The position numbers were made by a program, and so were the translations under genes. Under the pieces are notes generated by a model. The model saw only the letters and a program-made list of their open reading frames with translations. It searched no databases and was not told where the DNA came from. DNA of 34,954 nt. Origin: a virus (taxonomy: Duplodnaviria > Caudoviricetes). Below, piece after piece: positions 25,752-32,038 of the stretch. The DNA lies in IMG/VR virus record IMGVR_UViG_3300048881_000515, positions 1 through 34,954 of that record; one strand, given 5' to 3'. The first letter of the stretch is position 1; each line of letters opens with the position of its first letter.

Positions 25752-27662
25752 ATGTCCAAAAAGTTTACACTTGACCAACTGACGGAAGGTATTCGTCAGC
25801 GTCATCAAGGCGACTCTAACAAGCGCCTGACAGAAAAGTGGAGCAGGACTGGTCTTCTTAGGGGTCTCGAGAGCGTCCATCGTGAAAACATGGCAACGCT
25901 GCTCGAGAACCAAGCTGGTCAGATCCTACGTGAGCAAAACACCCTTGGTGGTGGTGGACTCACACCTTCTGCTGGCTCCGGAGATATCCGGGGTTTCACT
26001 AACATCGCTTTCCCCATTGTTCGCCGAGTCTTCGGTGGCCTTGTGGCAAACGAGTTGGTTTCCATACAACCGATGAGCCTACCTTCTGGTCTGCTCTTCT
26101 ACCTTGACTACACTTACGGTTCAAACGTTGGTGGTACTGTTGACGGTTCAATGGGTTCTTCTTCGAAGAACACATACGACGCAGGTCAGTCAATTTACAA
26201 TAACCCTGCTGGAAAGGGTGTTCGCTCCGGGTCTCTCGGCGTCGGTGGTCAGTATGACCTCGCTGGCTCTGGTTACTCTAGAGTTCACACTGGTTCCAAC
26301 CTGACGCTTGGTAACAAGAACACTTTCGTTCTTGGTACTGCATCTGCGCAGTCTCGTTCTACTACCATAACTGGTGGCGCGGGTAGCACAGGAGCCGATG
26401 GTCGTTTCCTGCAGTTCGATCCACAGCTTACTCAGCTGATCGATGATGATAGTAATCCTTACTTCTTCCTAACCGTCGACCTTGGCGTTCTTGGTTCTAA
26501 CTTTGACGTCACCGCTGTTAAGGAAGCTGCTTTGGTTCTCACAGGCTCAACTTCTTCGCTAAATACTGGCACAGACGTTGCGGTTCCTGGCGAGACATTC
26601 CAGGGTGGACAGGGAGTCTATAATATTCGTCGTCTTAACCAGCTCGTTAAGTCAGGTTCAAAGTCTGGTCCGATTTCCCCGGATCCGATGGCATCAGCCC
26701 AGAAGGCCGGTTCGGCACTTCTCTTGGTTATGTCAGGCACTGCGCTCAACGCCGCGGACCTTGATGGTTTCCGTATAAGTTATCCCAAGGACAACTCCTT
26801 GAGTGTTCAAAGCGATGGCGACACTCTCGTTGTTCCCGTCTTTGAGTCTAACTTCAGCCAGACAAGCGCACAGCCGGTTATTCCTGAGATTGACATCAAG
26901 ATCGAAGCGATCTCCGTTGTTGCTCAGACCCGTAAGTTGCGCGCTCGTTGGTCACCAGAACTCGCACAGGACCTGAATGCTTACCACAGCCTTGACGCTG
27001 AGGTCGAGCTTACTCAGATCCTCTCTGAGCAGATTGCTCTTGAGATTGACCGCGAGATCCTGAATGACCTACTCATGCAGGCTGACACAAACTACTACTG
27101 GAGCCGTAAGCCCGGTGACTTCGTTAATAAGAAGTCTGGTGCTTCTGCTGTTAAGGCCTCATCCCTCGCGGGTGGTCCTGCCTTTACCGGTACGGTGCGT
27201 GAATGGTACGAGACTCTCGTTGAAACCGTCATTGACGTGGCTAATGAGATCCATCGTAAGACCCTCCGTGGTTCCGCTAACTTCATCGTTGTTTCCCCAG
27301 ACGTTGCAACAGTCCTTGAAGCCTCCGTGCTTTACAAGCCTGTTTACAGCATCGACGGCGACGGTCAGGTTGCACCCGGTATGAGTCTTGGCGCTGAGAA
27401 GGTTGGTACGTTGAGCAACCGCTTCACAGTCTATAAGGACCCCTACTTCCCACGCAACAAGATTCTTGTTGGGTATAAGGGCGGTAGCTACCTTGAGACT
27501 GGGTATGTATATGCTCCTTACGTTCCGCTGATCGTTACGCCTACTATCTTCGCTCCCGAAGACTTCACACCTCGCAAGGGCGTGATGACTCGGTACGGCA
27601 AGAAGATGGTACGTTCCGACTTCTACGGTACAGTAACATGCCTTGGCATGGACGTCATCTAA
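25752..27662 (+). CDS. Major capsid protein (T4 gp23-like, HK97 fold), 636 aa
   Basis: 'LLENQ', 'PIVRRVF..LVANELVSIQPMSLPSGLLFYL', 'TRKLRARWSPELAQDLNAYHSLDAEVELTQILSEQIALEIDREI', 'YAPYVPL', 'PRKGVMTRYG'. Strong SD AAAGGAG. Confidence 0.95.
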   Translation: MSKKFTLDQLTEGIRQRHQGDSNKRLTEKWSRTGLLRGLESVHRENMATLLENQAGQILREQNTLGGGGLTPSAGSGDIRGFTNIAFPIVRRVFGGLVANELVSIQPMSLPSGLLFYLDYTYGSNVGGTVDGSMGSSSKNTYDAGQSIYNNPAGKGVRSGSLGVGGQYDLAGSGYSRVHTGSNLTLGNKNTFVLGTASAQSRSTTITGGAGSTGADGRFLQFDPQLTQLIDDDSNPYFFLTVDLGVLGSNFDVTAVKEAALVLTGSTSSLNTGTDVAVPGETFQGGQGVYNIRRLNQLVKSGSKSGPISPDPMASAQKAGSALLLVMSGTALNAADLDGFRISYPKDNSLSVQSDGDTLVVPVFESNFSQTSAQPVIPEIDIKIEAISVVAQTRKLRARWSPELAQDLNAYHSLDAEVELTQILSEQIALEIDREILNDLLMQADTNYYWSRKPGDFVNKKSGASAVKASSLAGGPAFTGTVREWYETLVETVIDVANEIHRKTLRGSANFIVVSPDVATVLEASVLYKPVYSIDGDGQVAPGMSLGAEKVGTLSNRFTVYKDPYFPRNKILVGYKGGSYLETGYVYAPYVPLIVTPTIFAPEDFTPRKGVMTRYGKKMVRSDFYGTVTCLGMDVI

Positions 27663-27689
27663 TCTGATTAGACGAAGTCATTAATATTC

Positions 27690-27725
27690 AGGGGCGGTCC
27701 TTTCGGGGTCCGCCCCTTTTATTTT
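27690..27725 (+). terminator. Rho-independent terminator after the capsid gene
   Basis: AGGGGCGG-t-CCT-TTCG-GGG-t-CCGCCCCT hairpin with a UUCG loop, followed by TTTATTTT. Confidence 0.88.
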
Positions 27726-27742
27726 GGTAAGTCGAATGCTTA

Positions 27743-27753
27743 CGTTATATTTA
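27743..27753 (+). promoter_or_regulatory. Putative late promoter motif CGTTATATTTA
   Basis: Lies just downstream of the capsid terminator, where re-initiation would be needed, and matches the recurring motif. Confidence 0.55.
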
Positions 27754-27760
27754 ATGACAA

Positions 27761-27820
27761 GCCCCTAGCACGGACATAAGGCGGACCCCACACGCTAGCT
27801 AGGGAATCATGTGGACAAGT
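27761..27820 (+). ncRNA. Candidate structured cis-regulatory leader RNA (hairpin plus possible pseudoknot)
   Basis: CCCTAGC (27763-69) pairs with GCTAGGG (27798-804). Inner stem GGCG/CGCT. Loop CCACA (27788-92) is complementary to TGTGG (27810-14). GC-rich island in an AT-rich spacer. No family recognised. Confidence 0.4.
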
Positions 27821-27849
27821 AACTCTATAATAAAAAAAAGGAGAAAATT

Positions 27850-28308
27850 ATGCCAAAAATACTAGTAACAGGTACAAAAGGTTTGTACCAAAAGGGTGGA
27901 ACAACTGGTGCAACGGGCACGGCCGGAACACTCTCGGGTCACCGTTCAATGGTTGAAACAATAACAGCCGCTAAGACACTGGACGCAGAAGACAGTGGAA
28001 AAGTTTTCCTCGTCGGCACAGACGCTCTAACTATAACACTTCCTGCTACCAAGTCTGGACTGACTTATACTTTCATTAACACCGGCGCTGATGGCGCAGT
28101 GCTTATTACAGTCAGTCCCAACGCTAGCGATGCGATTGACGGAACTATTGCAAATGCTGCTGCCGATTCAGTATGCACCGGCACCGATGACGGTGATCTT
28201 ACTAACACTAAGACAACCGCCAACAAGGGGGACCGCGTCACGTTAGTGGGAGACGGCTCTGCCGGATGGTATATCGTTGAGGGTGTAGGTATCTGGGTTG
28301 GCGCCTGA
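27850..28308 (+). CDS. Putative capsid decoration/head-fibre protein (152 aa)
   Basis: Directly after the capsid gene, SD AAGGAG, Thr/Gly/Ala-rich beta-type sequence 'TLDAEDSGKVFLV...TITLPA...GLTYTFIN...GDRVTLVGDG..WYIV' typical of small phage structural domains. Confidence 0.6.
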   Translation: MPKILVTGTKGLYQKGGTTGATGTAGTLSGHRSMVETITAAKTLDAEDSGKVFLVGTDALTITLPATKSGLTYTFINTGADGAVLITVSPNASDAIDGTIANAAADSVCTGTDDGDLTNTKTTANKGDRVTLVGDGSAGWYIVEGVGIWVGA

Positions 28309-28326
28309 TACGTAGATCTATATTCT

Positions 28327-28357
28327 AAAAATGCCGTCCTTTGGGCGGCATTTTTTT
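28327..28357 (+). terminator. Rho-independent terminator (potentially bidirectional)
   Basis: AAAAATGCCGTCC-TTT-GGGCGGCATTTTTTT: a GC-rich stem flanked by an A run and a T7 run. Confidence 0.88.
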
Positions 28358-28411
28358 ACTTTACTCTTCGGTGGATTAAATTATATTCTAATTCCTGGAG
28401 GATAGGACAAC

Positions 28412-28699
28412 ATGGCAACTACATCAGCAGCGGTCTCGCCCAAGAAGACATCAAAGGCGAAGGCCACTACAGCTACGACAACTGAACCCGCTCTTGAAGC
28501 ACAAGTGACAGCTCTTGAAACACAAGTAGCAACATTGACAGCTCAGGTTACCAACTTAACGAACGCTATTGAGGGTCAAGATATCGATGGTGACGGTATT
28601 CCTGATGTTTCTGGATTAACCGATCGTATGAATAAAATTGTCGGATTTTTGCGCCGTAAGTACGGCGAGGGTCCGATGGAAAATACGGGCGTTTACTAA
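28412..28699 (+). CDS. Small coiled-coil protein with a DxDxDG motif (95 aa)
   Basis: SD GGAGG. Heptads 'LEAQVTALETQVATLTAQVTNLTNAI' followed by 'DIDGDGIPD'. Confidence 0.7.
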   Translation: MATTSAAVSPKKTSKAKATTATTTEPALEAQVTALETQVATLTAQVTNLTNAIEGQDIDGDGIPDVSGLTDRMNKIVGFLRRKYGEGPMENTGVY

Positions 28700-28749
28700 G
28701 TAGACCGCCAGTTTTTCATTAACGTCCAAGAAAGACATTTTACACCCTA

Positions 28750-28760
28750 CGTAATAGTTA
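28750..28760 (+). promoter_or_regulatory. Putative late promoter motif CGTAATAGTTA
   Basis: Intergenic, 15 nt before the neck gene ATG, preceded by AGACATTT (28733-40). Confidence 0.55.
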
Positions 28761-28775
28761 TCAGTAAGGTGTGCT

Positions 28776-29954
28776 ATGTCTTCTTTTGCTTATACAAAAA
28801 ATCCAACCCCGTTTAGCTTCTTTGATACAGATACGGAATTTCAGACAGAAGCAAATGCTGTAGTTTCCTTTGTGAAGAGGAAATTAGGCGATGATATACT
28901 AAGTGTTGAGTTGACAAAAAAGCAGATGTGGGCCTGTTTTGAAGAGTCTTTTCTGGAGTATGGTCGGATTATCAACGAAGCCGACGCAAAATCGCAGCTA
29001 AGCAATTTGCTGGGATATAGCACGGGAAGTAATAAGACTGGATTATTTCCAAAGCAGAATCTAGAGTTCCTCCTACGTATGGCTGAGCCGTACTCTATGG
29101 AAGCGGGTATTGGTGGGTCGTACAATGAGGTTTCGGGCTCGATTCAATTAACATATAAGCGCCAAGACTATAACATCTATCGAGAGCTGAAAGATACTGC
29201 TGGTAATCTAATCGTGTCTAGCAGCAAAAATTCTCCACGAAGCAAGATGCGAATTAAGGAAGTCTTCCACTTCAGTCCACAAGCTGCTTACAGATTTTTC
29301 GACACAACATCTGCTGTCAATTATCTGAATAATGAATTTAGTTTCGAGTCATTTACACCTGAGACTATTTTTTACGTTTTGCCTGTTTTCGAAGACGTTC
29401 TTCGCGCCGGCCAGATGGACATTTCTAACAGGGTAAGAAAATCAAATTATTCTTATAGGATCATTGGGGAAAATATTCGAATATATCCAATGCCTACCCA
29501 AGTAACAGGTTCTGGTGCCAATCCGATTAAGTTGTGGATTCGAGTGGGGTTTGCTCCTGACCCGTATGACCCAGATATTCGAGATGATACAATCTATGGC
29601 ACATCAAATCTTTCGAACGTTCCATACGGGAGGATGAAATACAATAAGACTAATTCTGTCGGTCGTCAGTGGGTTAGACAATACTGTCTTGCTTTGTGCA
29701 AAGAATTATTAGGGCAGGTTCGCTCTAAATTTGCGACCGTTCCTATACCGTCAGGTGATCTAAACCTTAACGGGGGTGACCTGATTAGCCAAGCACGAGA
29801 AGATCAAACTAGATTACGAGACCAGCTTGTGGAGCTATTGGACAGCTTAACTTATAGTAAACTTTTAGAGGGACAAGCCCTAGACGCAGAAAACATTACC
29901 AAAGCATTGAAGGCCATGGCCATGCCTCTGGGTAAATCGATCATTATCAAATGA
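28776..29954 (+). CDS. Neck/head-tail adaptor protein (T4 gp13-like)
   Basis: 'KRKLG...VELTKKQM..C.EE' N-terminus and 'WVRQYCLALCKELLGQVRSKF..VPIPSG..LNLNG..L...A' C-terminus. Position after the capsid gene. Confidence 0.78.
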   Translation: MSSFAYTKNPTPFSFFDTDTEFQTEANAVVSFVKRKLGDDILSVELTKKQMWACFEESFLEYGRIINEADAKSQLSNLLGYSTGSNKTGLFPKQNLEFLLRMAEPYSMEAGIGGSYNEVSGSIQLTYKRQDYNIYRELKDTAGNLIVSSSKNSPRSKMRIKEVFHFSPQAAYRFFDTTSAVNYLNNEFSFESFTPETIFYVLPVFEDVLRAGQMDISNRVRKSNYSYRIIGENIRIYPMPTQVTGSGANPIKLWIRVGFAPDPYDPDIRDDTIYGTSNLSNVPYGRMKYNKTNSVGRQWVRQYCLALCKELLGQVRSKFATVPIPSGDLNLNGGDLISQAREDQTRLRDQLVELLDSLTYSKLLEGQALDAENITKALKAMAMPLGKSIIIK

Positions 29955-29965
29955 GAAATTAAGAG

Positions 29966-30640
29966 ATGGCCAGACTTTTCATAACTCCCCGCGAGCAAGA
30001 TTTAATCTCTGATTTAACGAAAGAGATAATGAAAGATGTCGTCGGTCAGAAGATCTATTATTATGCGATTCGAACAGACGTAACGCAGATCCATGACATC
30101 TATGAGGAAGCAATCGACAAGTATTTCGATCCCGCATTAGAGATAGAAGCCCAGGTTGCATGGTCACCGCAAACAGTGACGACCGGCCGGTTTGGTTCTG
30201 AAAATCTTTACACTACAGAAGTATACCTTCACTACAAAGATTTAATAGATAAAGATATAGACGTCAAGGAGGGAGATTATTTTTCTTATGGCGAAACGTT
30301 TTTTGAGATTACGTCGATTACGTGGCAATCAAATATTTATGGTGAGATTGAGTATATGACAGGCGTGAAATTGCTTGGTAAACAAGCGAGGAAGGGACTT
30401 ATCGATAAGCAGCCTATCGGACCTACTGATGAAGGGTATTATCCTGGAGACCCAGATGCTATTCAAAGAACGTTTATCCAGCAGCGGGGTTTTGCAGAAA
30501 ATGCTGAGGGCCCGACTGGTGATGTCCGCGCTTTGATAGAGCAAGGTAAGCTACAGCTTCCGCCTCAGCCCGCTCCAGCAGAAGTGTCTCCGAAGGGTTC
30601 CCCTGGTGAAATAAGTTCAGCATTCTACGACGAGAGCTAG
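29966..30640 (+). CDS. Head closure/neck protein (T4 gp14-like)
   Basis: 'GQKIYYY...DIYEEA..K.F', 'FG', 'KEGDYF.Y...FFEI' pattern. Follows the gp13-like gene. Confidence 0.62.
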   Translation: MARLFITPREQDLISDLTKEIMKDVVGQKIYYYAIRTDVTQIHDIYEEAIDKYFDPALEIEAQVAWSPQTVTTGRFGSENLYTTEVYLHYKDLIDKDIDVKEGDYFSYGETFFEITSITWQSNIYGEIEYMTGVKLLGKQARKGLIDKQPIGPTDEGYYPGDPDAIQRTFIQQRGFAENAEGPTGDVRALIEQGKLQLPPQPAPAEVSPKGSPGEISSAFYDES

Positions 30641-30641
30641 C

Positions 30642-31964
30642 ATGGCAACGAAGTATTCCATAACAAAAGGGCCCTATCAACAAATTGAGACAGGTTATGA
30701 CAACGAGGATATTGCTCCTGATTTCACAATGCCCTCATGTACCATCGAAGATGTTGATCGAGGAGTTTTTAATCTTTTCAATAAGGAACTACCTCTCCTC
30801 TACAAGCGGAGGGATGAGGTAAAGCGAGTCCCAGTGATATTTGCAACCGGTGAACGCTTTGCGCTCCTTGCCCGAAACAAACCGTTGAGGGACAAGTCGA
30901 ATGCTCTTATTCTTCCGTTAATATCTATAATAAGGACAGGGATCGATCAAGAGAATGCAAAGGGTGCTGCCCAATTTCAGGGAGGTCCCATCACTGTGAA
31001 GGTCCAATTAAGCGAAGATGACTTAAGATATCAACGTCTTCAAAACACTCATGGGCTTAAAAATTCTGATGAAAATGCGATTGCTGCTCTGGGGAATCAG
31101 GCAGATGGTGATGGAGGCGGAATAGCGAACGGCCGACTAGCCACAAGAAGAGCCGCCCCGTCGGTTTCGGTTGCTAGTCGAAGAGGTACCATTTTGACAC
31201 CAGTCGCCAGCAAAAACTTAGTAGAAATGATTCAGATCCCGCCTATTAAGCAATACACTTCTTCTTATGAAATAACTTTCTGGACGCAATATACACAAGA
31301 AATGAATTCTCTCATAAACGTGTTGATGAGTGGCTATGTAGAAAACCGCCGTCGGACATTTGTCATTGAGACAGAAGACGGGTATAGATTTTCTGCTTTT
31401 ACTGACGCCGCCTTAACTCCGCAAAATAATTTTGATGATTTTACAGATGTCGAAAGGCTCGTTAAGTATAGCTTTAATATGAGTGTCGCCGCGTACATGG
31501 TCGCTGCGCAAGAGCCCGGCATGCCCGTTCCATTTAGAAGAACAGTGTCCTCTCCAGATGTTGCATTTGGAGTTTCTCAAGGGATCGGCGGGGTACCCGC
31601 CGGTGCGCCAGTTGCGGGAATCCCGTCGGGAAACCCAGGAGATTATTTATTTGCTGGTGTAACCCCAGCTGCGGATGGTAACCCCCCAGCAGGCATAGGG
31701 GCCACTCCAGGAATAATAGGGGGGTTCCCCGGCACACCAACGGTAGAAGTCGGAGGCCAATCAGCAGCAAATCTTGCGGGCCCATCGAGTTTAACGAGTC
31801 CGACGACTATAATTACAAATATCAACCCCTTTACAGGAAAGAAAGAGTATCTAGAAATCATAATTTCAAGTGCAGATCCGAAAACCGGAGAAGCAGTTTT
31901 TAAGTTTAGTAAGAAGTCCCCCAGTGGTATTGCTATTGATCTTGGAAAACTCCTCAAAGATTGA
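30642..31964 (+). CDS. Tail terminator/sheath stabiliser (T4 gp15-like) with a Gly/Pro-rich C-terminal extension
   Basis: 'VPVIFATGERF', 'ILPLISIIRTGI', 'P....SYEITFWTQY.QEMNSLI', 'RLVKYSFNMSV.AY'. Lies between the neck and sheath genes. Confidence 0.62.
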   Translation: MATKYSITKGPYQQIETGYDNEDIAPDFTMPSCTIEDVDRGVFNLFNKELPLLYKRRDEVKRVPVIFATGERFALLARNKPLRDKSNALILPLISIIRTGIDQENAKGAAQFQGGPITVKVQLSEDDLRYQRLQNTHGLKNSDENAIAALGNQADGDGGGIANGRLATRRAAPSVSVASRRGTILTPVASKNLVEMIQIPPIKQYTSSYEITFWTQYTQEMNSLINVLMSGYVENRRRTFVIETEDGYRFSAFTDAALTPQNNFDDFTDVERLVKYSFNMSVAAYMVAAQEPGMPVPFRRTVSSPDVAFGVSQGIGGVPAGAPVAGIPSGNPGDYLFAGVTPAADGNPPAGIGATPGIIGGFPGTPTVEVGGQSAANLAGPSSLTSPTTIITNINPFTGKKEYLEIIISSADPKTGEAVFKFSKKSPSGIAIDLGKLLKD

Positions 31965-31994
31965 TACGGCTATATGAGACATTTAGGCATCGTA

Positions 31995-32005
31995 CGAAAT
32001 AGTTA
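31995..32005 (+). promoter_or_regulatory. Putative late promoter motif CGAAATAGTTA
   Basis: Intergenic, 33 nt before the sheath ATG, preceded by AGACATTT (31977-84). Confidence 0.55.
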
Positions 32006-32038
32006 TTTGTGATAAAGTAGATCCAGGAGACCCGACTC

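Noticed and set aside
27658-27672. Inverted repeat TCTAATC-T-GATTAGA over the capsid stop codon
   Set aside because: Single occurrence, AT-rich, with a 1-nt centre. It could be chance, and no second copy was seen to suggest an operator.
27754-27825. Leader element as a tRNA or a known self-cleaving ribozyme (hammerhead, twister, pistol, HDV-like)
   Set aside because: No cloverleaf or T-loop, and the conserved cores of those ribozymes were not found in the right order by eye. Kept only as an unclassified structured RNA candidate.
30333-30339. Intragenic ATANTTA cores (e.g. 30333, 22952) as promoters
   Set aside because: The 6-base core alone is expected many times by chance in 35 kb, and these copies lack the upstream CG.
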